Source: Candidatus Fervidifonticultor secundus (lineage in GTDB: Bacteria; Sysuimicrobiota; Sysuimicrobiia; Sysuimicrobiales; Humicultoraceae). From it: a stretch of DNA of 64,000 bases. The DNA lies in the NCBI GenBank assembly GCA_031459385.1, contig JAVKIP010000001.1, positions 224,001-288,000 of the forward strand, written 5' to 3'. Made by a program: the position numbers and the translations under genes. The notes under the pieces are model-generated. The model saw only the letters and a list, made by a program, of their open reading frames with translations, was not told the DNA's origin and did no database searches. Of the stretch, positions 31,171 to 43,191 are shown piece after piece (the stretch's first letter is position 1; every line of letters begins with the position of its first letter).

Positions 31171-31995
31171 ATGCGCGTAGGACTGGCACAGTACGGCGCG
31201 ACACCCGACAAGGCCGCCAACCTGGCCCGCGCCCTGGAGGTGATCGCCGAGGCCGGGCGGCGCGGCGTCGACCTGCTGATCTTCCCCGAGGTCTTCATGG
31301 TCCGGTGGGAAGACGGCGCCGGGCCCCTGGCCGGGATGGCCGAGCCGCTCGACGGGCCGTTCGTGCGCGCCCTCGGTGCGGCCGCGGCCGAGCGCCGGCT
31401 GCACCTGGTCGTGGGCCTGGCCGAGCGCGCCCCCGGCGAGGCGGTGCGGGCCTACAACACCGCGGTGCTGATCGGCCCGGACGGCGCCGTGCTCGCCGCC
31501 TACCGGAAGGTGCACCTGTTCGACGCCTTCGGATACCGTGAGTCCGACCGCATCGTCCCCGGCAGCGCCCCGCCGCCCGTGGTGGCGACGGCGCTGGGAC
31601 GGATCGGGCTGGAGGTCTGCTATGACGTGCGCTTCCCGGAGTGGACGCGCCTGCTGGCCCTGGCCGGCGCCGAGGTCGTGGCCATGCCGGCGTCGTGGGT
31701 CGCCGGGCACATGAAGGAGGACCACTGGATCACCCTGGTGCGGGCCAGGGCGCTGGAGAACACCGTGTGGATCGCCGCGGCCGATCAGGTGCGCGCCGAC
31801 CGGCCGGGCCGGTCGCTCGTCGTCGATCCCATGGGCGTCGTCGTGGCCGACGGCGGCGAGGAACCCGGGCTCGTGGTGGCGGAGATCGACCTCGACCGCA
31901 CGCGCCGCGTGCGCGAGAAGCTGCCCGTCCTCGGCCACCGGCGGCCCGAGCTCTACGGGGCGCTGGCCACGGCCGCGCACGCCAGGATGGGGTAA
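31171..31995 (+). CDS. Carbon-nitrogen hydrolase (Nit1/YbeM-like)
   Basis: FPE, YRKVHLFDAFG..ES, CYDVRFPE, ARALEN. Confidence 0.92.
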   Translation: MRVGLAQYGATPDKAANLARALEVIAEAGRRGVDLLIFPEVFMVRWEDGAGPLAGMAEPLDGPFVRALGAAAAERRLHLVVGLAERAPGEAVRAYNTAVLIGPDGAVLAAYRKVHLFDAFGYRESDRIVPGSAPPPVVATALGRIGLEVCYDVRFPEWTRLLALAGAEVVAMPASWVAGHMKEDHWITLVRARALENTVWIAAADQVRADRPGRSLVVDPMGVVVADGGEEPGLVVAEIDLDRTRRVREKLPVLGHRRPELYGALATAAHARMG

Positions 31996-32049
31996 CGTGA
32001 CGGAGTAGCGACGGCGCCGGCGCGACGGCGCGCGGGGAGGAAGGCGGCG

Positions 32050-33081
32050 GTGAGCTGGAAGTACCCGGCCCTGCTCTGGTTGCTCCTGCTGCCCGGCGCG
32101 CTGGCAGGGCTCTACGTGCGGTCGGCGCAGCGCATTCCCCGGCGGGGCGCGGTGCGCTATCCTGGGGCGCTGGTGGCGGCCGCCGCGCCCTTCGCCCGCC
32201 CCGTGCGGCGACACCTCGCCGCGGCGGCATTCGTCCTGGCCGCCGCCGCGGCCGTGCTGGGGATGGCAGGACCGGTGGTGCCCTGGCCTGTGGCCTCGGG
32301 GCGCCCCGTGGTACTCATCATCGACATCAGCCGGAGCATGGAGGAGAGCGACGTCAGGCCGAGCCGTATCGAGGCGGCCAGGACCGCAGCCCTCGAGTTC
32401 ATGGACCACCTGCCGCACGCCAGCCGCGCCGCCCTGGTGACCTTCGGCAACTTCGCATCGGTGGTGGTGCCGCTCACCGACGACCGGGAGCGGATGCGGG
32501 AAGGGATCCGTAGCCTCACCACGCAGCTGCGGACGCAGCTCGGCAACGGGCTCGTGGAGGGGATCCGGGCGGTGCTCGGCGAGGGCGGCACCTTGCCCGC
32601 AACGGGCCCGTCGCCGCCCTCCACCGCGCCGCCGGGCCCGTCGCCACCTTTCGCTGCGCCTTTCGGGGCAGCGCCCGGTGCCCTCCCCCCGCTGGATCGC
32701 CCGCGGGCCATTGCGATCCTGCTCTCCGACGGTCGGGCCAGCGACGGCATCCCGCCCCTGGAGGCCGCAGCGGAGGCGCGCCGGCGCGGCGTGCGCGTAT
32801 ATACGGTCGGCGTCGGCACCGCGGCCGACCCGAGCACGCTGCGCAGCGGCTACTGGGGGGTGCTGGACGAGCCCACGCTGCGCGCGATCGCCGCCGAGAC
32901 CGGCGGTGAATACTTCCACGCCAGCGCCGCGGAGCGGCTGCGGGAGGTCTACCGGGACCTGGCCCGTCGCGTCGGCTGGGAGCGCCGCCCGACGGAGATG
33001 TCGGCCGCCGCCGGGGCGGTGGCCCTGGCGCTGCTGGTGGCCGCGGTCGTGGCGCGCACCTGGCTGGCGCCGCTGGCCTGA
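32050..33081 (+). CDS. BatA-like membrane VWA domain protein
   Basis: N-terminal TM helices, MIDAS DISRS, LLSDG, C-terminal TM helix. Confidence 0.9.
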   Translation: MSWKYPALLWLLLLPGALAGLYVRSAQRIPRRGAVRYPGALVAAAAPFARPVRRHLAAAAFVLAAAAAVLGMAGPVVPWPVASGRPVVLIIDISRSMEESDVRPSRIEAARTAALEFMDHLPHASRAALVTFGNFASVVVPLTDDRERMREGIRSLTTQLRTQLGNGLVEGIRAVLGEGGTLPATGPSPPSTAPPGPSPPFAAPFGAAPGALPPLDRPRAIAILLSDGRASDGIPPLEAAAEARRRGVRVYTVGVGTAADPSTLRSGYWGVLDEPTLRAIAAETGGEYFHASAAERLREVYRDLARRVGWERRPTEMSAAAGAVALALLVAAVVARTWLAPLA

Positions 33082-33090
33082 GCGGCGCCG

Positions 33091-34503
33091 CTACACCTCC
33101 AGGGGGACGCCCGGCGCGGGCTCCAGCACCCGCACCCCCGGCACCAGGTCGCGCCACAGCTCGGCCTTCTCGGTGTGCACCGGCACCAGGATCTCCGGCT
33201 GCAGCGTCTGCACCATGCGCACCAGGTCGGCCTGGCCGGCGTGCCCCGAGGCGTGGGTGTTCAACCGCCGGCGCACGCCGAGCAGGTCCAGCCAGTTGTT
33301 CAGGCGCCACAGGTCGCGGGCCTGCTCTTCGTCGTGGGCCTCGCTGGAGGAGAAGATATAGAGCGCCTCGGGTCCGATGCCCAGGTCAATGAGGTTCTGT
33401 ACGTCCCAGAAGGAGAGCGCGAAGATCATGCGGTGCGCCGCCGGCCGCAGCTGGTCGGCGGTGCGCACCGTCGGCCAGGCCAGCACCCGGCGCTCCCAGG
33501 TATCGTAGTCCTTGTCGCTGTAGGTCCCGCTCTGCTTGCGTTCCTTCAGGATGAGCAGGGGAGCCTCGCGGACGTCGGGCACCAGCGGGTGGAGGCCGCG
33601 CAGGCGGTCGAGCATGAAGGCATCCTGGGGCAGCACGACCAGGGACCGTTCCGTCTCGCGCGCGACGCGGAGGAAGGTGGCCAGGCGGTACAGATCCCGC
33701 GGGGCGAAGTCGGCGATGACCGGTCCCGGCACCTCGCGCACGGCGGCCAGCGCCTCGCGGAACACATCGTCCTCGGTGCGGTGGTCTGTGACGTCGAGCC
33801 GCGTCCCTTCCACGATCAACATCCACACGCCCTCGCGGGCGGCCGCGGCCAGCATCTCTTCGCTGAGATCCGCCTCCGGGCCGTGGAACCGCAGGTCCCC
33901 GGTGTAAAGTACCGGGCCCCGCGAGGTGCGCACGTGGAACGCGACGCAGCCCAGCATCGAGTGGTCCACCGGCAGCGCCTGCACGGGCAGACGTCCCAGG
34001 GGCACCTGGCCGGTGATCTCACGGAACGGCCGCACCACCACGCCGCGGTCGCCGGGGAAGGCCGGGCGCGGCCGGAAGTCGATGATCTCGCCCTCGAAGT
34101 CGCGCGCCCGGCTGTGCTGGATCGCCTCCAGCGTGCGGTGGGTCAGCGGCGAGCAGTAGACGGGGATGCGCTCGTCGAGGAACGCGATGTGACCCGCATG
34201 GTCCAGGTGGGCATGCGACAGGAGCACGGCATCGACCGCGGGGTCGGCGTGCACCGGCAGGCCACAGGCGGCGATGCGCAGCAGGTCCCGGCGGTAGATG
34301 CCAGGCACCGGGGGGAGCACCCCCGTGACCAGCAGGTCGGTGAGCCCGGCGGCGGTCCGCGGCTTCAGGTACTCTTCGAAGAAGCGCTTGCGCTGCGCGT
34401 ACGAGATACCGAAGTCCAAAAGGACGCGCGCGCCGCTGTCTTCCAGCAAGATTTTGTTGCCGCCGATCTCGCCGGCGCCGCCGTGAACCGTCAACCGGAC
34501 CAT
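33091..34503 (-). CDS. MBL/beta-CASP nuclease (RNase J-like)
   Basis: GGAGEIGGN, SHAHLDH, VDHS, YTGD, HASGHA, PVHTE. Confidence 0.85.
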   Translation of the reverse strand: MVRLTVHGGAGEIGGNKILLEDSGARVLLDFGISYAQRKRFFEEYLKPRTAAGLTDLLVTGVLPPVPGIYRRDLLRIAACGLPVHADPAVDAVLLSHAHLDHAGHIAFLDERIPVYCSPLTHRTLEAIQHSRARDFEGEIIDFRPRPAFPGDRGVVVRPFREITGQVPLGRLPVQALPVDHSMLGCVAFHVRTSRGPVLYTGDLRFHGPEADLSEEMLAAAAREGVWMLIVEGTRLDVTDHRTEDDVFREALAAVREVPGPVIADFAPRDLYRLATFLRVARETERSLVVLPQDAFMLDRLRGLHPLVPDVREAPLLILKERKQSGTYSDKDYDTWERRVLAWPTVRTADQLRPAAHRMIFALSFWDVQNLIDLGIGPEALYIFSSSEAHDEEQARDLWRLNNWLDLLGVRRRLNTHASGHAGQADLVRMVQTLQPEILVPVHTEKAELWRDLVPGVRVLEPAPGVPLEV

Positions 34504-34550
34504 CGGAGTCCCACGCCGCGGTCGCCGGTGGCCGCGCCGCGGGGCGCGGA

Positions 34551-35057
34551 CTACCCGCGGGGGCCGCCCTGGGCCCGGGTCTCCGCGTACTGCCGCCGCC
34601 GCGTGGCGATCGTACGGAGATGGTGGTCCACGTGCTCGACGAAGTGGGCCACGATCCCCTCCACGGTCTGCGCGCCCTCCCGCGTGTGCTGGCCGGTGCG
34701 GGTCCAGGCCTCGGGCGGCATGCGGCGCAGGAGGTCGGCGGTCGTCTCGCGCACCGCGCGCAGCAGCGCCAGCGAGGCCTCCAGCGAGCGCCCCGCGTAG
34801 TCCAGCGCCCTGCCCCACTGCTCCTGGTCGAACGCGACCAGCGCGACGCCGGGCTCGGCCAGGACGTGCCGCAGGCGGGCCGCGGCCACGAGGTCGGCGT
34901 CCGCCAGGTGCACCACGTTCTGGTGGATGCTCCAGTGGCCCGGCGCGGGTGTGAAGTGCAGTTCGTCCGTGGAGAGCCCGCGCACCGCCGCGGCCACCAG
35001 CCGCGGTCCCTCCGTATAGGCGTTGATGAGCATGGCGATACGCTCGGCGGACGGCAT
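34551..35057 (-). CDS. DinB/YfiT-like protein
   Basis: WSIHQNVVHLAD, FDQEQW, HVDHHL. Confidence 0.88.
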   Translation of the reverse strand: MPSAERIAMLINAYTEGPRLVAAAVRGLSTDELHFTPAPGHWSIHQNVVHLADADLVAAARLRHVLAEPGVALVAFDQEQWGRALDYAGRSLEASLALLRAVRETTADLLRRMPPEAWTRTGQHTREGAQTVEGIVAHFVEHVDHHLRTIATRRRQYAETRAQGGPRG

Positions 35058-35264
35058 GCGACCCCCTGCACGCAGGAATCGCGTGCGGGTTCGCGGCAGC
35101 CGCCGGCGATCCCTTCTGGCGCGCGCAGGCGGTTACTTCAACGCATCGGCCACGGAGTGCCGCCACCCCCCTGGCCGCCATCTTGTCACCGTACGGCCGC
35201 AGGCGGTCAGCCGATGGACGAAGTGCGGTACACTGGGAGCGGGACACTCGGATGGGAGACCGTC

Positions 35265-35951
35265 GTGCGTGATGCGACAGCCGGTGGGCTCGCAGCGCTG
35301 ATGCTGGCGCTGCTGGCGCCCGGCTTGGTGGCGCCTCCACCTCCGGTCGCGACACCTGCGCCGGCCCTGACGCTCGATGGTGTCGCCCACGGGCTGGAGG
35401 CCCGGGCGCTGGTCGTGACCGGCGCGGTGCGCAACCGCGGACCCGAGCCGGTCCGCGGCGTGGCCGTCGACGTCACCGGACTCTCGCCGTCGGGTGCGCC
35501 GGCGTTCTTCGGGAGCGACGGCATCCCCTGGCCGCTGCCGCCGGGTACCACTGCCCGTTTCACCGTACGGCTGCCGCTGGCCGCAGGGGTCGTCCGCGAG
35601 TATGCGGTGGAGGTCTGGCTGGCCGGGGTGCGCCGGGACGTCCTGGCCCGTACGCGCCGGCAGGTGGAGCCGCTCCTGTACCTTCCCGTGCTGCCGGCGA
35701 TGGTGCGGGTGGACGGCGCGGTGACCGGCGACACGCTGGTGGTGCGCAGCCACGCCACCGACCTCCCCGTCACCCACGTCGTCGTCGACGCCACCGTGAG
35801 CCTGCCGGGGCTGCCCGTGAACAGCCTCGAGCGCTTCGTGCTGCACGTGCCGGCCAATGACCGCGCCGTGCTGCGCCTGGGCACCCGGGGCGCGTTCCTG
35901 GTGGCGCTCCGCGTGGTGGACGTCTGGGTGCAGCGGGCCTGGACGGAGTGA
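35265..35951 (+). CDS. Exported hypothetical protein, FxLYD-like Ig domain
   Basis: Signal-like N-terminus, VTGAVRN...V.V, LPPG..ARF pattern; start uncertain (35214 possible). Confidence 0.6.
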   Translation: MRDATAGGLAALMLALLAPGLVAPPPPVATPAPALTLDGVAHGLEARALVVTGAVRNRGPEPVRGVAVDVTGLSPSGAPAFFGSDGIPWPLPPGTTARFTVRLPLAAGVVREYAVEVWLAGVRRDVLARTRRQVEPLLYLPVLPAMVRVDGAVTGDTLVVRSHATDLPVTHVVVDATVSLPGLPVNSLERFVLHVPANDRAVLRLGTRGAFLVALRVVDVWVQRAWTE

Positions 35952-35979
35952 GCCGCGCAGGCCGACCCTGGAGGGCTGG

Positions 35980-37287
35980 ATGCCCCCACGCGCGGTGGTG
36001 ATCGGTGGCGGTGCGATCGGCGCCGCCTCGGCCTACTACCTCGCCCAGGACGGCTGGGACGTCACCCTCGTCGAGCGCGGCGAGGTCGGCCGGGGCTGCT
36101 CCTACGGCAACGCCTGCCTGATCGTCCCCAGCCACGCGCATCCGCTGCCGCAGCCGGGCGTCGTCGGTGAGGCGCTGCGGTGGCTGCTGCGGGCCGACAG
36201 CCCGGTCTACATCCGCCCGCGGCTCGACCCCAGCCTCGCGGCCTGGCTGTGGCGGTTCTGGCGCGCCTGCCGGCCAGCCGCGGCGGCCCGGGCCCACGGC
36301 GCGCTCGTGGCGCTGGGCCGGCTGAGCCTCGCGCTGTACGAGGACCTGGCGCGGACCGTGGCACAGTCTGTCTTCTTCCAGCGCCGCGGGCTGCTGCACG
36401 TGTATCTCGGCGCGCAGGCGATGGCACACGCGCGGGCCGAGCAGGAGCGCTACGCGCGGGAAGGCTTTCCCGGCCGCGTGCTGGGCGGCGACGACCTGCG
36501 CGCCTTCGAGCCAGCGCTGTCGCCGCGCGCGAGCGCGGGGCTGTACCTCGACGGGGAGGCCCACGGCGACTCGTTCGCGTTCGTGCGGGCCCTGGCCGGT
36601 GCGGCCGCCGCGCGGGGCGCGCGGGTACTGACGGGCGTGACGGCAACGCGCATCGTCGTCCGCGGCGGGCGGGCGACCGGCGTGGCCGCAGACGGCGACG
36701 AGCTGCCGGCCGACGCCGTGGTGCTGGCCGCGGGCGCCTGGTCCCCGGCACTGGCCGCCTCCGTGGGCCTGCGCGTCCCGATGCAGCCGGCGAAGGGCTA
36801 CAGCTGCACGGTCCGGCCGGTGGGTCCGGCGCCCTCGGTGCCGCTGTACGTGGTCGGCCGCCGCGTGGCGATCACGCCGCTGGGCGACCGGCTGCGCTTC
36901 GGCGGCACGCTGGAGCTCGCCGGATACGACGTCCGCATCGACGCGCGGCGCTACGGCGCCGTCGTGGCCGCAGCGCGCGAGGTGTTGCGCGACGACGTCC
37001 GATGGGAACAGGAAGAGGCATGGTGCGGGCTCCGCCCGCTCATGCCCGACGGCCTGCCGCTCATCGGCCCGGTGCCAGGGATCGAGGGCGCGATCGTGGC
37101 GACAGGCCACGCCATGCTGGGCTTCACGCAGGCGCCAGGCACCGGGCGGATTGTCGCCGACCTGGCTGCCGGCCGGCCGCCGGCCGTGCCGCTGGCGGTC
37201 TTCCGGGTGGACCGCTTCGGTCCGATGGGGCGGACGCGGGACCAGCGTCGGGCCGCGCGCGGGGGCGAGGGCTGTGACGGGTGGTGA
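35980..37287 (+). CDS. D-amino acid dehydrogenase (DadA/DAO family) flavoprotein
   Basis: IGGGAIG, CSYGNA, KGYS, WCGLRP..PDGLP, GHAMLG. Confidence 0.9.
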   Translation: MPPRAVVIGGGAIGAASAYYLAQDGWDVTLVERGEVGRGCSYGNACLIVPSHAHPLPQPGVVGEALRWLLRADSPVYIRPRLDPSLAAWLWRFWRACRPAAAARAHGALVALGRLSLALYEDLARTVAQSVFFQRRGLLHVYLGAQAMAHARAEQERYAREGFPGRVLGGDDLRAFEPALSPRASAGLYLDGEAHGDSFAFVRALAGAAAARGARVLTGVTATRIVVRGGRATGVAADGDELPADAVVLAAGAWSPALAASVGLRVPMQPAKGYSCTVRPVGPAPSVPLYVVGRRVAITPLGDRLRFGGTLELAGYDVRIDARRYGAVVAAAREVLRDDVRWEQEEAWCGLRPLMPDGLPLIGPVPGIEGAIVATGHAMLGFTQAPGTGRIVADLAAGRPPAVPLAVFRVDRFGPMGRTRDQRRAARGGEGCDGW

Positions 37288-38089
37288 CGCCTCGGCCGCA
37301 GCTGCGCTCTCGCCGCTCGTGCGCCGGGTCCGCGCGCCGAACGCCTCGTTGATGACCGGTACGGGAACCAACACCTACCTGGTGGCCGGCGACGGGATCG
37401 CCGTGATCGATCCCGGACCGGACGACGCACGCCACGTGGCAGCGGTGCTCGCGGCGACGGGCGGCCGGGCGGTGCGGTGGATCCTGGTCTCCCACCGCCA
37501 CGTCGACCACGCGCCGGCGGCGGCGGCGCTCGCGCGCGCCACCGGCGCACCGGTGGCGGCCCTGGCGGGCAGCGCTGTGCCGCATGACCGCGGCCTGCGC
37601 GACGGTGAGACCGTGGCGGGCCCGGGCTATACGCTGCAGGCGTTGCACACGCCCGGGCACGCGTCCGATCACCTGTGCTTCCTGCTGCGCGAGGAGCGCG
37701 CGCTGTTCGCGGGCGACCTGGTCGCGCAGGGGGGGACCGTGGTGATCGCGCCGCCCGACGGGGACATGGCCGCGTACCTGGCCTCGCTGGAGCGGGTGCG
37801 CGCGCTGGATCTGGCGCGGCTCTATCCCGGCCACGGCGAGCCGGTCGACGATCCTGCCGCGCTGCTCGGCGAGTACATCGAGCACCGGCTGGCGCGCGAG
37901 CGCCAGATCATCGCCGCCCTGCGCGGCGGCCCGCGCCGGATCGAGGGGCTGGTCGCGGCGATCTACACCGAGGTTCCCCAGGCGCTGCACCCGGTGGCGG
38001 CGAAGTCCGTGCTGGCGCACCTCCTCAAGCTCCGGGCGGAAGGCCGCGTCGCAGGCGAGGAGGACGGGGTCTGGCGCCTGCTGGAGTGA
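37274..38089 (+). CDS. MBL-fold hydrolase (LACTB2-like)
   Basis: APNAS.MTGTGTNTY, SHRHVDH, TPGHASDH, PGHG. Confidence 0.88.
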   Translation: MTGGDASAAAALSPLVRRVRAPNASLMTGTGTNTYLVAGDGIAVIDPGPDDARHVAAVLAATGGRAVRWILVSHRHVDHAPAAAALARATGAPVAALAGSAVPHDRGLRDGETVAGPGYTLQALHTPGHASDHLCFLLREERALFAGDLVAQGGTVVIAPPDGDMAAYLASLERVRALDLARLYPGHGEPVDDPAALLGEYIEHRLARERQIIAALRGGPRRIEGLVAAIYTEVPQALHPVAAKSVLAHLLKLRAEGRVAGEEDGVWRLLE

Positions 38090-38119
38090 TGGTGCATGAG
38101 CGGTGGTTCGTGACGAGGC

Positions 38120-38250
38120 TGGGCCTGATCGTCTGGGGGGGGCGCGGTGATCGCCGACTCGGCGCAGTTCTCGTTGGCCGTGAGCGAGCTCGTCGAGCGC
38201 CGCCGCGTCGGCAGCGCCAGCGAGGCCGTCCGGCTCGCCGCCGGGCGGCG

Positions 38251-38254
<4 letters not shown>
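38120..38254 (+). pseudogene. Collapsed remnant of an MFS transporter C-terminus
   Basis: GLIVWG (G8 run) AVIADSAQFSLAVSELVERRRVGSA joined to EAVRLAAGRR*; motif related to ADSPSY in the MFS at 55330. Confidence 0.6.
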
Positions 38255-40161
<1,907 letters not shown>

Positions 40162-40313
40162 AGACACTTGACCTTAGGCACGCCGCGGCAGTGCTGTCAA
40201 GGCGCGCACCCGGGCGCGGCGCGCACCCGGCTGCGCACAGGAACTCCCCGCGCGGGTGTCCAAGAGCCCACGCGACGCCCGCAGGGACCATCGTCATCGA
40301 AGGAGGGAGCACC

Positions 40314-41009
40314 GTGCCGCTTGCGCCGGAGACGCTTGCCGCGCTGCGCACGCTGTCCAGCCCCACGGTCGCCAACGCCATCGAGACGTTCCGGGTGCGG
40401 CCCCGCGAAGCGGGCAACCTTGCATCGGGGATCCGGGCGCTGTTCCCCGACCTCGGCCCGATCGTCGGGTACGCCGCCACCGCGGTAATCCGCGCCGAGC
40501 ACCCCGCCGCCGGGGGACGCCGGGCCAGCACCTTCGCGTGGTGGGACTACCTGCAGACGATTCCGGCGCCGCGCATCGTGGTCGTCCACGACCTGGACGA
40601 CCCGCGCGGCCAGGGCGCGTTCTGGGGCGAGGTCCAGGCCAACATCCACATGGCGCTGGGGTGCGTGGGGACCGTGACCGACGGAGCGGTGCGCGACCTG
40701 GACGAGGTGCGCGCCCTGGGGTTCCAGTGCTGCGCCGCGCACGTCTCGGTCTCGCACGCCAACGTGCACCTCGTCGAGTTCGACATCCCCGTCAAGGTCG
40801 GCGGCGTCTGGATCGCGTCCGGCGACCTGCTCCACGCCGACCAGCACGGCGCCGTGGTCATCCCGGCCGAGGTGGCCGACAGGATCCCCGAGGCCGCGGA
40901 ACGAATCGCTGCCGACGAGCAGCGCATCATTCAGGTCTGCCAGGCCGGCGGCTTCTCGCTGGAGCGCCTGAAGGCGGTCTACAGGGCGGTGCGGCCCGAC
41001 GCGTACTGA
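40314..41009 (+). CDS. RraA/HMG aldolase family protein
   Basis: PTVANAIE, AFWGE, TDGAVRD, GDLLHAD.HG. Confidence 0.88.
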   Translation: MPLAPETLAALRTLSSPTVANAIETFRVRPREAGNLASGIRALFPDLGPIVGYAATAVIRAEHPAAGGRRASTFAWWDYLQTIPAPRIVVVHDLDDPRGQGAFWGEVQANIHMALGCVGTVTDGAVRDLDEVRALGFQCCAAHVSVSHANVHLVEFDIPVKVGGVWIASGDLLHADQHGAVVIPAEVADRIPEAAERIAADEQRIIQVCQAGGFSLERLKAVYRAVRPDAY

Positions 41010-41029
41010 GCGCCGCCGGGGAGGGGACG

Positions 41030-42277
41030 ATGGGGTCGCAGGATCTGCGTGACGAACTGACCTATGCGCGTGCGCGCGCCGACGAGGTGGTGTGGTGGCG
41101 GGCCAGGCGGCTGGGGATCTCCCGGCGCCGGTTCCTGGCGCTGCTCGCCGCTGGCAGCGCGTCGCTGGTCGCGCGGTCGCCGCTGCCAGGGCGGCAGACG
41201 GCCGCGGCCGCGCCGGCGGCCTCCCTGGTGGTGAAGCCCGTGCCCCCGGACCTGTTCTACAACTTCGGCAGCAACCACGAGATGCGCTGGGAGCAGATGC
41301 GCGCCCGTGGCTACGTCGTGCCCAACGAGCTCTTCTTCATCCGCAACCACACCCGCACGCCGCACATCGACCCCGCCACGTGGCGGCTGCGCGTCGAGGG
41401 GTTCGGCGTGGCGCGGCCCCTGGCGTTGACCTACGACGAGATCCTCTCGCTGCCCGACGTCTCGGTGCGGCGCTACATCGAGTGCGCCGGCAACGGCCGC
41501 AGCTTCTTCGAGCTGGCCTACGGCCGCCGCGCGCAGGGCACGCAGTGGCGCCTGGGCGCGGTGGGCGTGGCCGAGTGGACCGGCGTGCCGCTGCGCGAGA
41601 TCCTGGCCCGCGCCGGGATCAAGCGGACCGCCGTGGACGTCATGCCCGAGGGCCTCGACGACCTGAAGGTACGGCGGCCGATGTCCGTGGCCAAAGCGAT
41701 GGAAGAGGACACGCTGCTCGTCTACGCCATGAACGGCCACCCGTTGCCGCCCGACCACGGGTTCCCGGCGCGGCTGCTGGTGCCGGGGTGGATCGGCATC
41801 GCCAACATCAAGTGGGTGGGGCGAATCGAGGTCTCGGAGACGCCGCTGTTCTCGGCCTGGAACACCGAGAGCTACGTGCTCATCGGGCCCGACTACCGGA
41901 AGCCGGAGCACTCGCCGGCCCTGGGGCCGATCCTGTCGATGCAGAACGTGAAGAGCGCGTTCGAGCTGCCCTGGCCCGCGGAGCTGCGCGCGGGCCGGCA
42001 GGTGCTCCGGGGCCGGTCGTGGGGGCCCTACGCGATCGCCGGCGTGGAGGTCAGCTTCGACCGCGGCGTGACCTGGCAGCCGGCGCGCCTGCGGGACGCT
42101 GCCGCCCCGCGGGCGTGGACGCGCTGGGAGGTCGAGTGGGACGCGCGGCCGGGCGAGTACAGCCTGCGGGCGCGCGCCACCGACGCGGCCGGCAACCGCC
42201 AGCCAGCGGGCGTGCCGTGGAACGAGCAGGGCTACCTGTACAACGCGGTCGTTGGGCACCCGGTGACCGTGAGTTGA
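41030..42277 (+). CDS. Sulfite oxidase family molybdoenzyme with Tat-like signal
   Basis: ISRRRFL, FFIRNH, ECAGNGR, DHGFPARL, IKW, RATDAAG.QP. Confidence 0.92.
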   Translation: MGSQDLRDELTYARARADEVVWWRARRLGISRRRFLALLAAGSASLVARSPLPGRQTAAAAPAASLVVKPVPPDLFYNFGSNHEMRWEQMRARGYVVPNELFFIRNHTRTPHIDPATWRLRVEGFGVARPLALTYDEILSLPDVSVRRYIECAGNGRSFFELAYGRRAQGTQWRLGAVGVAEWTGVPLREILARAGIKRTAVDVMPEGLDDLKVRRPMSVAKAMEEDTLLVYAMNGHPLPPDHGFPARLLVPGWIGIANIKWVGRIEVSETPLFSAWNTESYVLIGPDYRKPEHSPALGPILSMQNVKSAFELPWPAELRAGRQVLRGRSWGPYAIAGVEVSFDRGVTWQPARLRDAAAPRAWTRWEVEWDARPGEYSLRARATDAAGNRQPAGVPWNEQGYLYNAVVGHPVTVS

Positions 42278-42672
42278 CGGCGGTGCTGCGGGCGAGGGCC
42301 CGCTGGCGCGCGCTGCGCGTGGGGCTCGCCACCGCCGGGGTCGGGTTGTGGCTGGCGGCGGGACCGCCGGGCGCCGCGGCCCCGGCTCCGCGCCCGGTCG
42401 AGATCAAAGCCCGCGAGTTCGCCTTCGACCCCAGGGAGGTCACGGTCCGCGCCGGCGAGGTCACGTTTGCCGTCAAGAACGAAGGGTCGATCGAGCACAA
42501 CTTCGTCCTGCAGGACGGCACCCGTCGCACCGTGGCGGAGATCGCGGTCATCCCGGCGGGCGCCATCGAGGACGTGAAGGTCACGCTCCGCGCCGGTACC
42601 TACGCCATGCTCTGCACGCTGCCCGGCCACCGCGACGCGGGCATGCACGGCACGGTGCGGGCCCAGCCCTAG
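42274..42672 (+). CDS. Cupredoxin (type 1 copper protein)
   Basis: Signal peptide, EHN...CTLPGHRDAGM (His/Cys/His/Met); overlaps upstream stop. Confidence 0.88.
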   Translation: MTAVLRARARWRALRVGLATAGVGLWLAAGPPGAAAPAPRPVEIKAREFAFDPREVTVRAGEVTFAVKNEGSIEHNFVLQDGTRRTVAEIAVIPAGAIEDVKVTLRAGTYAMLCTLPGHRDAGMHGTVRAQP

Positions 42673-42693
42673 GCCGGGGCGGGTCTCGGGCGG

Positions 42694-43050
42694 CTAGCGC
42701 CGCAGGTAGGCGTCCGCGCCCGCGATCCAGTCCTGCCGCGGCGGGCTGAAGATGTCGACGTCCACGACGTCCTCCAGGGCCTCGGCACCGTGCGGCAGGT
42801 TGCCCGGGATCAGCAGCATCTCCCCCGCCCGCAGGATGACCTCGCGGTCGGGGAAGGTGAAGCGCATCGTGCCGGCCACACAGTAGGAGAGCTGCTCGTT
42901 CTCGTGCTGGTGCGTGGGTACCACCGCGCCGGCCTTGAGCTCCAGCAGCGCGCACATGATCCGGTCGCCCCAGAACATCCGCCGGGTGATCTTGGGGTTC
43001 AGCGCCTCGGGCGTCATGGCGGCCAGGACATGGTGTTGCAGCTCGGCCAT
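42694..43050 (-). CDS. Cupin domain protein
   Basis: HQHENEQ, IPGNLPH, DIFSPPRQDW. Confidence 0.9.
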   Translation of the reverse strand: MAELQHHVLAAMTPEALNPKITRRMFWGDRIMCALLELKAGAVVPTHQHENEQLSYCVAGTMRFTFPDREVILRAGEMLLIPGNLPHGAEALEDVVDVDIFSPPRQDWIAGADAYLRR

Positions 43051-43191
43051 CCGTCTCCTCCTCACAGCAGAATGCCGGTACCGTGAGGGTTGCACGCCAG
43101 GGAGAGGCTTCCTGCCGCAGGAGGCGCCCGCGGGCGGGTATAAGCAAGGAAGCACTCCAGCACGTCGCCAGCACCCGGGAGGAGGACGTCC

